Source: Macrostomum lignano
Lineage: Eukaryota
Assembly (NCBI GenBank): GCA_002269645.1
Contig: NIVC01000421.1
Coordinates: forward strand, 310,001 to 374,000
Length of the DNA: 64,000 bases
Direction of reading: 5' to 3'
Position numbers and translations under genes: made by a program
Shown here: positions 11,101 to 23,736 of the stretch, piece by piece
Layout: every line of letters begins with the position of its first letter
Numbering within the stretch: the first letter of the stretch is position 1
The notes under the pieces: model-generated
Database searches by the model: none
Seen by the model: the letters and a program-made list of their open reading frames with translations, nothing else
What the model was told of the DNA's origin: nothing

Positions 11101-13813
11101 GTCGAATATGATGAGCCGTCCGATTGACTTCAGCAAATACGGGCTGGTGTTCGCTGGTGCTCAGAAGAACCTTGGACCTGCCGGTGTCACCGTGGTTATT
11201 GTCCGCGAGGACCTTATGGACGGCCGGGCCTTGCCGTTCTGTCCCAGTGTGCTCAGCTACCATGTGAGTGGATTGCTAATCTAGCCAGTGTGCTCAATGA
11301 GAGATGATGGTGGATTGCTAATCTAGCCAGTGTGCTCAATGAGATGATGATGGATTGCTAATCTAGCTAGTGTGCTCAATGAGAGATGATGGTGGATTGC
11401 TAATCTAGCCAGTGTGCTCAATGAGATGATGATGGATTGCTAATCTAGCCAGTGTGCTCAATGAGAGATGATGGTGGATTGCTAATCTAGCCAGTGTGCT
11501 CAATGAGATGATGATGGATTGCTAATTTAGCCAGTGTGCTCAATGAGATGTTGATGGATTGCTAATCTAGCCAGTGTGCTCAATGAGAGATGATTGTGGA
11601 TTGCTAATCTAGCCAGTGTGCTCAATGAGAGATGATTGTGGATTGCTAATCTAGCCAGTGTGCTCAATGAGATGATGGTGGATTGCTAATCTAGCCAGTG
11701 TGCTCAATGAGATGATGGTGGATTGCTAATCTAGCCAGTGTGCTCAATGAGATGATGGTGGATTGCTAATCTAGCCAGTGTGCTCAATGAGAGATGATGA
11801 TGGATTGCTAATCTAGCCAGTGTGCTCAATGAGATGATGATGGATTGCTAATCTAGCCAGTGTGCTCAATGGGATGATAATGGATTGCTAATCTAGCCAG
11901 TGTGCTCAATGGGATGATAATGGATTGCTAATCTAGCCAGTGTGCTCAATGAGATGATGGTGGATTGCTAATCTAGCCAGTGTGCTCAATGAGATGATGG
12001 TGGATTGCTATTTGCTAATCTAGCCAGTGTGCTCAATGAGATGATTGTGGATTGCTAATCTAGCCAGTGTGCTCAATGAGAGATGATGATGGATTGCTAA
12101 TCTAGCCAGTGTGCTCAATGAGATGATTGTGGATTGCTAATCTAGCCAGTGTGCTCAATGAGAGATGATGATGGATTGCTAATCTAGCCAGTGTGCTCAA
12201 TGAGATGATGGTGGATTGCTAATCTAGCCAGTGTGCTCAATGAGATGATTGTGGATTGCTAATCTAGCCAGTGTGCTCAATGAGATGATTGTGGATTGCT
12301 AATCTAGCCAGTGTGCTCAATGAGAGATGATGATGGATTGCTAATCTAGCCAGTGTGCTCAATGAGATGATGGTGGATTGCTAATCTAGCCAGTGTGCTC
12401 AATGAGATGATTGTGGATTGCTAATCTAGCCAGTGTGCTCAATGAGATGATTGTGGATTGCTAATCTAGCCAGTGTGCTCAATGAGATGATTGTGGATTG
12501 CTAATCTAGCCAGTGTGCTCAATGAGAGATGATGATGGATTGCTAATCTAGCCAGTGTGCTCAATGAGATGATGGTGGATTGCTAATCTAGCCAGTGTGC
12601 TCAATGAGATTATGGTGGATTGCTAATCAAGCCAGTGTGCTCAACGAGATGATTGTGGATTGCTAATCTAGCCAGTGTGCTCAACGAGATGATGGTGGAT
12701 TGCTAATCTAGCCAGTGTGCTCAACGAGATGATGGTGGATTGCTAATCTAGCCAGTGTGCTCAATGAGATGATGGTGGATTGCTAATCTAGCCAGTATGC
12801 TCAATGAGATGATGGTGGATTGCTAATCAAGCCAGTGTGCTCAATGAGATGATGGTGAATTGCTGATGAGGACAAATGCATGTAAAAGAAGCTGGATTAA
12901 GCGACATTGATAAAATATTAAACTCTTACCCAATTTACCCCAACAACAGGTAACCAGCCGCAACGATTCGCTGTACAACACGCCGCCAACCTTCAGCATC
13001 TACGTCACTGGCCTGGTGATGCAGTGGGTTCGCGATTCTGGCGGTGTGGCCCGTATGCAGGAGCTGTCCCGCGAGAAGTCGTCCCTTCTCTACAATTTGA
13101 TTGAAAATTCTCAGGGTTTCTACTAGTAAGTAGAGTGAATGCGTTTTTCTTTATTTTTTAAGAACTTTTTAATAGCACCCCTTGTTCCGTTTTTTTATAA
13201 TGAATTTTATGCCATAGTAAAGAAAGTAAAAGTTAAGTTCACGACCTGTTTTCGAGCTTAAGGTCACGACCCTATCTCGAGTTTAAGGTCACGACCCTAT
13301 CTCGGGTTTAAGTTCACGACCCTATCTCGGGTTTAAGGACACGACCCTATCTCGGGTTTAAGGTCACGACCCTATCTCGGGTTTAAGGTCACGACCCTAT
13401 CTCGGGTTTAAGGTCACGACCCTATCTCGGGTTTAAGGTCACGACCCTATCTCGGGTTTAAGGTCACGACCGTTTATTAAATTCGATTTACAAGCCCAAC
13501 TCTTGGGGTCAAGTGAAGTTCATGACCCCATCCTGCAAGTAACTATCACCACCCTATCTCCCGCAGCTGCCCAGTGGACAAGTCATGCCGCTCTCGCATG
13601 AACATTGTGTTCCGCCTTTCCGGCGGCGAAGCTCTGGAGAAGCGGTTTGCCGAAGAGGCCGCCAAGCAGGGCCTGACCAATCTGGAAGGTCACCGGTCGA
13701 TTGGCGGTCTCCGGGCCTCGTTGTATAACGCTGTGACTATTGCGGACACCCGGACTCTGGCCAGCTTCATGCGCGACTTTGCAAAACGAGTCGCTCAGAT
13801 TGACCTTGCCTAA
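8030..13813 (+). CDS. PSAT1: Phosphoserine aminotransferase; exons 8030-8122, 9703-9916, 10824-11263, 12950-13125, 13567-13813 (1170 nt, 389 aa)
   Basis: [77 protein letters not shown] (PLP lysine), [35 protein letters not shown] junctions have consistent phases (0,1,0,2) and the joined length is divisible by 3. Confidence 0.96.
8624..8777. repeat. 154-bp imperfect palindrome (MITE/foldback-like) in PSAT1 intron 1
   Basis: 77-nt arms centred on CAC|GTG at 8700/8701; the outer 47 bp have about 3 mismatches. Confidence 0.88.
9040..9642 (+). repeat. About 68-bp purine-rich unit made of two related halves, PSAT1 intron 1
   Basis: CAGGGATGAA recurs at 9421 and 9489. Confidence 0.9.
9703..9916 (+). 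CDS. PSAT1: PSAT1 exon 2
   Basis: [10 protein letters not shown]...AVPLNLA; donor GTGAGC. Confidence 0.93.
9926..10790 (+). repeat. 41-bp minisatellite (GATGGGTTGCTAATCTACTCTCCTCAGTGATCTAATTGTGT), 21 near-perfect copies, PSAT1 intron 2
   Basis: Exact periodicity of 41. Confidence 0.98.
10824..11263 (+). CDS. PSAT1: PSAT1 exon 3 (PLP-binding lysine)
   Basis: DYIVTGRWS...[10 protein letters not shown]...PSVLSYH; donor GTGAGT. Confidence 0.95.
11268..12865 (+). repeat. 38-41-bp minisatellite (GTGGATTGCTAATCTAGCCAGTGTGCTCAATGAGATGATG), about 41 copies, PSAT1 intron 3
   Basis: Seen in sequence. Confidence 0.97.
12950..13125 (+). CDS. PSAT1: PSAT1 exon 4
   Basis: [18 protein letters not shown]...NSQGFY; donor GTAAGT. 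Not in the ORF track; translated manually. Confidence 0.93.
13255..13472 (+). repeat. 25-bp minisatellite (AGGTCACGACCCTATCTCGGGTTTA), about 9 copies, PSAT1 intron 4
   Basis: Seen in sequence. Confidence 0.95.
13567..13813 (+). CDS. PSAT1: PSAT1 exon 5
   Basis: [17 protein letters not shown]...[16 protein letters not shown]; TAA stop. Confidence 0.95.
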
Positions 13814-13943
13814 ACCTAGCAAATCAGATTGTTGAATGAACTGTCAGCTAACAACTTTGCTCCCGTTTCTTGTCTTCTCTTTCTCTTCTTCAATGATCAA
13901 TAATGGTTTTTATTTTCTTATGTCAATCAATATCTGGAACAAC

Positions 13944-13958
13944 AGAGACAGAAAGAGA

Positions 13959-14013
<55 letters not shown>
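13944..14013 (+). repeat. (AG)n microsatellite
   Basis: Seen in sequence. Confidence 0.95.
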
Positions 14014-14014
<1 letters not shown>

Positions 14015-14659
14015 ATTAACTAATGCTTTTACGTAGTACTCAGCATCTCATTGTGCGCGTTTGTTTTACTATTTAAATTATTAACGATACAATTTGCGAC
14101 TTAAATTGGCTTGGCAATGATGAGTCTAGTGGGAATTTTTCGAACAAAAAAGCCTTACCTGTGCTACTGAAAGTAGAAATACAAAAACATGCATTTGGTT
14201 GGAGCCGCCTGGTCAATTTAACCGATTTGATTAATTTTCATCAACTTTGCAAATTGAAGAAATTTTGCTATCTAATTAAAACTATAATCTTGTATCATTT
14301 TCGGTGATTGCTGCTGTCGAACTTTGATCTAATTTTCAAAGTATTTGTACTTGAAAATTTGTTTTATTGATGCGATTTAAATTTGGATAAACTGAACTAC
14401 TGCGCTTCTAAATAAATGCGTTATGATTTATTAAGTGCAAGCTGAAGTTGGATCTGCCTCTCGGTTATTGCTTTGCCTGTTTGACTAATTGAAATATACA
14501 AAAGTACTGGCACCAATTTCTGTTGTGTCAGGCTGTCTTGAATGATCTGAGAAAAGATTCACCGATTTTAATATTTTCTTGTCGCCATTGAAAGCTGGTT
14601 CTAAAATATTTTCGTAATACCACTTTACGGGCTCGTACAGTTGCATAATAAGAATCACC

Positions 14660-17600
14660 TCTGAACCACTCAGAGAATCGGCCGTGAACCACTCAGAGAA
14701 TCGGCTCAGAGAATCGGCCATGAACCACTCAGAGAATCGGCCATGAACCACTCAGAGAATCGGCCCTGAACCACTCAGAGAATCGGCCCTGAACCACTCA
14801 GAGAATCGGCCCTGAACCACTCAGAGAATCGGCCGTGAACCACTCAGAGAATCGGCCGTGAACCACTCAGAGAATCGGCCCTGAACCACTCAGAGAATCG
14901 GCCCTGAACCACTCAGAGAATCGGCCCTGAACCACTCAGAGAATCGGCCCTGAACCACTCAGAGAATCGGCCCTGAACCACTCAGAGAATCGCCATGAAC
15001 CACTCAGAGAATCGGCCCTGAACCACTCAGAGAATCGGCCCTGAACCACTCAGAGAATCGGCTCTGAACCACTCAGAGAATCGGCCCTGAACCACTCAGA
15101 GAATCGCCATGAACCACTCAGAGAATCGGCCGTGAACCACTCAGAGAATCACCTCTGAACCACTCAGAGAATCGGCCCTGAACCGCTCAGAGAATCGGCC
15201 CTGAACCACTCAGAGAATCGGCCCTGAACCACTCAGAGAATCGGCCCTGAACCACTCAGAGAATCGGCCGTGAACCACTCAGAGAATCGGCCCTGAACCA
15301 CTCAGAGAATCACCTCTGAACCACTCAGAGAATCGGCCGTGAACCACTCAGAGAATCGGCCCTGAACCACTCAGAGAATCGGCCCTGAACCACTCAGAGA
15401 ATCGGCCCTGAACCACTCAGAGAATCGGCCCTGAACCACTCAGAGAATCGGCCCTGAACCACTCAGAGAATCGGCCGTGAACCACTCAGAGAATCGGCCC
15501 TGAACCACTCAGAGAATCGGCCCTGAACCACTCAGAGAATCGGCCCTGAACCACTCAGAGAATCGGCCCTGAACCACTCAGAGAATCGGCCCTGAACCAC
15601 TAAGAGAATCGCCATGAACCACTCAGAGAATCGGCCCTGAACCACTCAGAGAATCGGCCCTGAACCACTCAGAGAATCGGCTCTGAACCACTCAGAGAAT
15701 CGGCCCTGAACCACTCAGAGAATCGCCATGAACCACTCATTAGAATCGCCTCTGAACCTAAGAGAATCGGCCATGAACCACTCAGAGAATCGGCCCTGAA
15801 CCACTCAGAGAATCGGCCCTGAACCACTCAGAGAATCGGCCGTGAACCACTCAGAGAATCGGCCCTGAACCACTCAGAGAATCGGCCCTGAACCACTCAG
15901 AGAATCGGCCCTGAACCACTCAGAGAATCACCTCTGAACCACTCAGAGAATCGGCCGTGAACCACTCAGAGAATCGGCCCTGAACCACTCAGAGAATCGG
16001 CCCTGAACCACTCAGAGAATCGGCCGTGAACCACTCAGAGAATCGGCCCTGAACCACTCAGAGAATCGGCCCTGAACCACTCAGAGAATCGGCCCTGAAC
16101 CACTCAGAGAATCGCCATGAACCACTCATTAGAATCGCCTCTGAACCTAAGAGAATCGGCCATGAACCACTCAGAGAATCGGCCCTGAACCACTCAGAGA
16201 ATCGGCCGTGAACCACTCAGAGAATCGGCCCTGAGCCACTCAGAGAATCGGCCGTGAACCACTCAGAGAATCGGCCCTGAACCACTCAGAGAATCGGTCC
16301 TGAACCACTCATTAGAATCGCCTCTGAACCTAAGAGAATCGGCCCTGAACCACTCAGAGAATCGGCCCTGAACCACTCAGAGAATCGGCCCTGAACCGCT
16401 CAGAGAATCGGCCCTGAACCACTCAGAGAATCGGCCCTGAACCACTCAGAGAATCGGCCCTGAACCACTCAGAGAATCGGCCCTGAACCACTCATTAGAA
16501 TCGCCTCTGAACCTAAGAGAATCGGCCCTGAACCACTCAGAGAATCGGCCCTGAACCACTCAGAGAATCGGCCCTGAACCACTCAGAGAATCGGCCCTGA
16601 ACCACTCAGAGAATCGGCCCTGAACCACTCATTAGAATCGCCTCTGAACCTAAGAGAATCGGCCATGAACCACTCGGAGAATCGGCCCTGAACCACTCAG
16701 AGAATCGGCCCTGAACCACTCAGAGAATCGGCCATGAACCACTCAGAGAATCGGCCATGAACCACTCAGAGAATCGGCCCTGAACCACTCAGAGAATCGG
16801 CCCTGAACCACTCAGAGAATCGGCCCTGAACCACTCAGAGAATCGCCATGAACCACTCATTAGAATCGCCTCTGAACCTAAGAGAATCGGCCATGAACCA
16901 CTCAGAGAATCACCTCTGAACCACTCAGAGAATCGCCTCTGAACCACTCAGAGAATCGGACCTGAACCACACAGAGAATCGCCTCTGAAATATTCAGAGA
17001 ATTGCCTCTGAACCACACAGAGAATCGGCTCTGAACCACTCAGAGAATCACCTCTGAACCACTCAGAGAATCGGCCATGAACCACTCAGAGAATCGGCCC
17101 TGAACCACTCAGAGAATCGGCCGTGAACCACTCAGAGAATCGGCCCTGAACCACTCAGAGAATCGGCCCTGAACCACTCAGAGAATCGGCCGTGAACCAC
17201 TCAGAGAATCGGCCCTGAACCACTCAGAGAATCGGCCCTGAACCACTCAGAGAATCGGCCCTGAACCACTCAGAGAATCGGCCGTGAACCACTCAGAGAA
17301 TCGGCCCTGAACCACTCAGAGAATCGGCCGTGAACCACTCAGAGAATCGGCCCTGAACCACTCAGAGAATCGGCCCTGAACCACTCAGAGAATCGGCCCT
17401 GAACCACTCAGAGAATCGGCCGTGAACCACTCAGAGAATCGGCCGTGAACCACTCAGAGAATCGGCCCTGAACCACTCAGAGAATCGGCCCTGAACCACT
17501 CAGAGAATCGGCCCTGAACCACTCAGAGAATCGGCCCTGAACCACTCAGAGAATCGGCCCTGAACCACTCAGAGAATCGCCATGAACCACTCAGAGAATC

Positions 17601-19170
17601 GGCCCTGAACCACTCAGAGAATCGGCCCTGAACCACTCAGAGAATCGGCCCTGAACCGCTCAGAGAATCGGCCCTGAACCACTCAGAGAATCGGCCCTGA
17701 ACCACTCAGAGAATCGGCCCTGAACCACTCAGAGAATCGGCCGTGAACCACTCAGAGAATCGGCCCTGAACCACTCAGAGAATCACCTCTGAACCACTCA
17801 GAGAATCGGCCGTGAACCACTCAGAGAATCGGCCCTGAACCACTCAGAGAATCGGCCCTGAACCACTCAGAGAATCGGCCCTGAACCACTCAGAGAATCG
17901 GCCCTGAACCACTCAGAGAATCGGCCCTGAACCACTCAGAGAATCGGCCCTGAACCACTCAGAGAATCGGCCCTGAACCACTCAGAGAATCGGCCCTGAA
18001 CCACTCAGAGAATCGGCCCTGAACCACTCATTAGAATCGCCTCTGAACCTAAGAGAATCGGCCCTGAACCACTCAGAGAATCGGCCCTGAACCACTCAGA
18101 GAATCGGCCCTGAACCACTCAGAGAATCGGCCCTGAACCACTCATTAGAATCGCCTCTGAACCTAAGAGAATCGGCCATGAACCACTCGGAGAATCGGCC
18201 CTGAACCACTCAGAGAATCGGCCCTGAACCACTCAGAGAATCGGCCATGAACCACTCAGAGAATCGGCCATGAACCACTCAGAGAATCGGCCCTGAACCA
18301 CTCAGAGAATCGGCCCTGAACCACTCAGAGAATCGGCCCTGAACCACTCAGAGAATCGCCATGAACCACTCATTAGAATCGCCTCTGAACCTAAGAGAAT
18401 CGGCCATGAACCACTCAGAGAATCACCTCTGAACCACTCAGAGAATCGCCTCTGAACCACTCAGAGAATCGGACCTGAACCACACAGAGAATCGCCTCTG
18501 AAATATTCAGAGAATTGCCTCTGAACCACACAGAGAATCGGCTCTGAACCACTCAGAGAATCACCTCTGAACCACTCAGAGAATCGGCCATGAACCACTC
18601 AGAGAATCGGCTCTGAACCACTCAGAGAATCACCTCTGAACCACTCAGAGAATCGGCCATGAACCACTCAGAGAATCGGCCCTGAACCACTCAGAGAATC
18701 GGCCCTGAGCCACTTAGATAATCGGCCGTGAACCACTCAGAGAATCACCTCTGAACCACTCAGAGAATCGGCCCTGAACCACTCAGAGAATCGGCCATGA
18801 ACCACTCAGAGAATCGGCCCTGAACCACTCAGAGAATCGGCCATGAACCACTCAGAGAATCACCTCTGAACCACTCAGAGAATCGCCTCTGAACCACTCA
18901 GAGAATCGGACCTGAACCACACAGAGAATCGCCTCTGAAATATTCAGAGAATTGCCTCTGAGCCACACAGAGAATCGGCTCTGAACCACTCAGAGAATCG
19001 GCCATGAACCACTCAGAGAATCGGCCCTGAACCACTCAGAGAATCGGCCCTGAGCCACTCAGAGAATCGGCCGTGAACCACTCAGAGAATCACCTCTGAA
19101 CCACTCAGAGAATCGGCCCTGAACCGCTCAGAGAATCGGCCCTGAACCACTCAGAGAATCGCCTCTGAAC
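14660..19170 (+). repeat. 23-bp satellite (GAACCACTCAGAGAATCGGCCCT), about 195 copies, intergenic
   Basis: Direct periodicity; variant blocks duplicated at about 1.5 kb offset. Confidence 0.97.
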
Positions 19171-19904
19171 CTTTTAGATAACAAGTTCATCTCCTTACGA
19201 CCTGGAAAATTGCAATCAGTAAAAAGAAAGTGCACCTGCAAATCTCTGACCAGCACTCAAGAGAATAAAATATTTGGCTACGTGAGCGACTCAAAAAAGG
19301 CCTACAGTCTGCAATCCCCCGTCATGCCCCACCGACGATTGGGGCACTCAACCGGAAATTTGACTAGCATGCGGTAATCGATAAGAGCTTAATATTATAT
19401 TATTAAAATTATATATAGTATAGCAAGTGTTGGGAAGGTGGATAGCAGTGGGAGAAACCCTAAGTGGACAATTCATACAGCAAATTGGACTGAATCCTGT
19501 TCTATGCAGCATCGAAGACTGACAGACTGTCTGAATTGGCCAAGTTGAGTAATTTGATCACCCAGTCTCGCTCCAGCTGTTCTACAGGAACAGAGTTCCG
19601 CCCTCGGGTTTTACCAGGAGTAAGAAAGGGATTAAACAATTGAGTAAAGAAAGTTTATTCGCTTAAATTCAGGCCTTTGCAGAAATTTGAAGATGAGCGC
19701 AAAAATTCTCAGCTCCGTCCACCAAAGTTAGCGTTAATCCTGGCTTCGTAGAATAAAATCTGCAGTCAATTTTTGTGAAACTTTCTGCTTTTTTCTGCGT
19801 GTTCTTTGCGGGGGTGGCTCACCGTGCATACCAGTGTAATTCTTTGCTTTTTGGCAGACCATCAAGGACCGGATACGAGTTTTTTTACTGAGGCCCCATG
19901 ATTA

Positions 19905-20335
19905 AGGACTGGAAACCCACTAAATAACCATAGATCAGGGACTGGAAAACCCTGCACTAAATGACCATAGATCAGGGACTGGAAAATCCTGCACTAATTA
20001 ACCATCGATCATGGACTGGAAACCCTGCACTAAATAACCATAGATCAGGGATTGGAAACCCTGCACTAAATAACCATAGATCAAGGACTGGAAACCCTGC
20101 ACTAAATAACCATCGATCAGGGACTGGAAACCCTGCACTAAATAACCATCGATCAGGGACTGAAAACCCTGCACTAAATGACCATAGATCAGGGACTGGA
20201 AACCCTGCACTAAATAACCATAGATCATGGACTGGAAACCCTGCACTAAATGACCATAGATCAGGGACAGGAAACCCTGCACTAAATAACCATCGATCAT
20301 GGACTGGAAACCCTGCACTAAATAACCATAGACTG
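19905..20335 (+). repeat. 36-bp minisatellite (GGGACTGGAAACCCTGCACTAAATAACCATAGATCA), about 12 copies
   Basis: Seen in sequence; explains ORFs 19961+ and 19998-. Confidence 0.95.
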
Positions 20336-20717
20336 AAAACCCACGATCAGCGCTAGATATACAAAATAATTGTTCCAGTCTGTGTACTCTACCAATCCTT
20401 GAGAGCCAAGTGTGTACATGAGTAAGCTAGGAAGTTCCAAGGAAAATAGTCGCAAAGTCGCAAACTAGTGTAGTTTACCAACCCACACAATTCTGTCAAA
20501 ACAATTTATAGCCTACGCACTCACGTAATATGTCTGCGCTGTCATTATTTCCAGTTTTTTCAAGCCGAGAACTTTATCATCTACTAAAACTATGGGCAGA
20601 TTGAGAAAAAGCTACTCAAAATATATTGTCCCATAGTAAAAGGAACACACGAATGCAACGAAAGGATTGCTACAGGCATTTTCGAGGACCTCACACAGCA
20701 TATGGCCAACGCGCAGT

Positions 20718-20868
<151 letters not shown>

Positions 20869-21062
20869 CGGGCCACTTTTTTCCTTTCTCGGCTGTCCAA
20901 CGACAGATCCGATCGAATCACTTCCGCTTAATAGAGTCGTCTCAGCATTGTATATAGCATAGAAAATGAGATCCTTGAGCAAGGAGTTTGCTTACCGAAT
21001 TGTTCAAAGGCAGGAAGCCTATATTTTACGTATTGGAAATTATTGAAAAACATCTCAAAGAA

Positions 21063-21281
21063 ATGTACCTGGAGCTGTTCAACGCCCTGACCTTCAGCTT
21101 AGGCGTTATTCTGATCGCTACTGGTTACTTCTTGATCGGTCAGAAATCACAGGTGTACGATCTATACGGTCCGACCTTTCCCATGGCACTGCTGATTGTC
21201 ATATCGATTGGTATTACAATTGCCGCTGTGGTGTCTGACACTTCGTTTTATAAGAGTAGCTCTTCGGCTGGTAGCTGTCAG
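21063..21281 (+). CDS. Tetraspanin exon (TM1-TM2)
   Basis: MYLELFNALTFSLGVILIATG...LLIVISIGITIAAVV. Confidence 0.75.
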
Positions 21282-22429
21282 GTGAGTGTGAGAAATATAA
21301 CTGACAGCCAACTACCATAGCAACAAATATGGGTAGCAGCCAATATGCATAGCAACCAATATGCATGGCAACCAATATCATACCAACCACTATGCATAGC
21401 AAACAAAATGCATAGCAAACAAAATGCATAGCAACCAATATGCATAGCAACCAATAGGTATAGCAACCAACATACATATCAACCAGTATGCGCAGAAACC
21501 AACGTGCATAGCAATTAATATGCATAGCAATCAATATGCAAATAGCAACCAATATGCATAGCAACTAATTTGCATAGCAACCAATATACATAGCCACCAA
21601 TATGCATAGCAACCAATATGCATATAGCAACCAATATGCATAGCAACCAATATGCATATAGCAACCAATAGACATAGCAACCAATAGGCATAGCAACCAA
21701 CATACAGTACATAGCAACCAACATGAATAGCAACCAATAGGCATAGCAACCAACATGAATAGCAACCAATATTCGTAACAACTAATGCGCATGGCAACCA
21801 AAAACGTAAACCAAATGGTATGCATAGGAACAAAATAATTCTATCAACCAATTCACATAGCAACCATCGGATATCTTGCGCATATTACTTACCTTCTTCC
21901 GCAGATTCTAATCTTCATCCTATTGATAGTGCTCATACTCAGCCTGGAGCTGTCGGCGGCCGTAGCCGGACTCGCCCTGCCAGACTACATCCGCAGCATC
22001 GCCAGCCGAAACATCCAGCAGCAGATGGCCAACTATCCGAAAGCCAACGCTAGCGCCTCCTTTGCCGACGGTCGCGAACCCTGGATCGATGTGGTGCAGC
22101 GCAGCTTTGGGTGCTGCGGTTTAAACGGCTCGTCGGACTGGTTGCGTCATCAAGCTCGACCGCCGGCAAGTTGTTGCACAACGCGGGTGAGTCAGTCCAC
22201 GCCTGTGACAGGCTGCAACGCCAGCAGTGTGCACTCGGCCGGATGCGATGACGTCATTAAAGCTTGGCTCACTGGCGAAGTTCGCGTATTCGCTGGCATC
22301 GCCGCTGGCATCTGCTTGCTGCAGTTGGTCAGCGTGGGAGCGATGCTTTATAAAAAGTCTACCTGGCGACCGAAACTGTTGCCGACTGAGGTAGAAACTA
22401 AGGCTGACTTAGTTGATGGCACTCGTTGA
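21063..22429 (+). CDS. Tetraspanin; exons 21063-21281 and 21905-22429 (about 247 aa; an extra upstream exon is possible)
   Basis: Four hydrophobic segments; large extracellular loop with CCG, PASCC and GC motifs (FGCCG...PPASCC...AGC); CAG|GTGAGT donor and GCAG acceptor, both phase 0. Confidence 0.88.
21315..21830 (+). repeat. Degenerate 17-20-bp repeat (ATAGCAACCAATATGC), tetraspanin intron
   Basis: Seen in sequence. Confidence 0.9.
21905..22429 (+). CDS. Tetraspanin exon (TM3, large extracellular loop, TM4)
   Basis: CCG/PxSCC/GC cysteine pattern; TGA stop. Confidence 0.92.
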   Translation: MLIFILLIVLILSLELSAAVAGLALPDYIRSIASRNIQQQMANYPKANASASFADGREPWIDVVQRSFGCCGLNGSSDWLRHQARPPASCCTTRVSQSTPVTGCNASSVHSAGCDDVIKAWLTGEVRVFAGIAAGICLLQLVSVGAMLYKKSTWRPKLLPTEVETKADLVDGTR

Positions 22430-22474
22430 TTGAAGCTGATTGAGTTTGGTACTATTTTGTGGAATTTTCATCTA

Positions 22475-22866
22475 ATTCCCTGTGGGGGGCAGTTGGGCTA
22501 GTCCACTTTACTAATTTTCTGAAATATGTACAAACGGGCCTAAAGATCGTCTTAATCGATTCGATCTGATCCCCTGTGGAGGGGCAGCTGGGCTAGTCTA
22601 CTTACTATACTAATGTTCTGAAATTTGCACAAGCGGGCCTAAGACTCTTCGATTCAATCTGATCTCCTGTGGAGGGGCAGCTGGGTTAGTCCACTTTACT
22701 AACTTTCTGAAATTGCACAAACTGGCCTAAGAGTCTTAATCGATTCAATCTGATCCCCTGTAGAGGGGGGCAGCTGGCTAGTCTACTATACTAATATTCT
22801 GAAATTTTTACGAACGGGCCTAAGACTCTTCGATTCAATATGATCACTGTGGAAGGCCAGTTGGAC
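22475..22866 (+). repeat. Degenerate about 92-bp tandem repeat, about 4 copies with A-B-A-B alternation, 3' of tetraspanin
   Basis: CCCCTGTGGAGGGGCAGCTGGGCTAGTC...GGGCCTAAGA...GATTCAATCTGAT recurs. Confidence 0.85.
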
Positions 22867-23192
22867 TAAGTCAAGTAAGGTACAAGTTTAGTAGCTCGTA
22901 AATTGCTATACTGAAGAAACATATAAGCGTAATTTATTGACAATATTTTCAATGGAGATAATGTACTAAAAAACGCGTTGCTGATCCTTTGGCGATTTTT
23001 ACATCCCTACATTTATATAATTAATTACCACTAAAAAGTACATTGTTTTGTTTGTTATCGGCGCTGGTAAATGCTATATGTTTCAGCGGTGAAATTTTAA
23101 TGTTGAAAAAATTGGTGACGGTACTAACTAACTGGCTTTGTTCTCGGTTCTGAATTATTTTTGTTGTAAAGAAATGTGACATTCAAATAATG

Positions 23193-23722
23193 TGTGACGA
23201 TATCTGGTCCGAGTTCGCGTGCTGATGCTGACGGGCTGCTATTAAAGTAGTGAGTAAACACACAGTTAGTGGTGACGATAACTGACGGCGCCGATAATTC
23301 GATTACGGATTATGTATATTTGCAGGTTACACATGTAGTGGTTATTGCTGATGCTAACTGGTAACGAACAATTGCAGTGTCAATGGAATGGCTTCGAAGA
23401 TGACCTTAGTGGGTAACACTACTAAATTGAGAGCGATCTTGAACTACTGTTTTTTTCAGTGTTTACTAAAATCAATCAGTGTTTACTAAAATCAAAAGAC
23501 TGGCGATAGGAACAGCAGCCGCACACCACGCTCAGTCTTCTCCGAAGCCACAGATTTCAAAATGTTAAATATAACTATTTAATGCAGTAAAACAAAGCAT
23601 TGCTTACTATTTTCAATAAACATAAAAGTGAAACCAATTGATATAAATAAAGTACATATTAAATATTTTTTAGTAGATATTAATCGACGAACTGGGAGAA
23701 TAAAAGAACCACCAACGTCACA
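23193..23722 (-). repeat. 3' LTR (530 bp)
   Basis: By eye it differs from the other LTR by one 6-bp duplication (GCTGAT) and one A/G substitution. Confidence 0.96.
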
Positions 23723-23736
23723 CTCGCCTCTCTCCC
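23723..23736 (-). promoter_or_regulatory. Polypurine tract
   Basis: Minus strand GGGAGAGAGGCGAG immediately precedes the 3' LTR. Confidence 0.85.

Noticed and set aside
14485-14751. 88-aa minus-strand ORF running out of the 23-bp array
   Set aside because: Its start lies within the repeat, no family motif is recognisable, and no convincing partner exon was found.
9926-19170. Regular 23-41-bp repeats as CRISPR arrays
   Set aside because: The units are head-to-tail with no unique spacers, there are no cas genes, and the context is eukaryotic and largely intronic.
19326-19370. TGCCCCA/TGGGGCA hairpin followed by CTAG as a Helitron 3' end
   Set aside because: Spacing is long (about 17 nt), CTAG is not followed by T, and no 5' TC end or second copy is visible.
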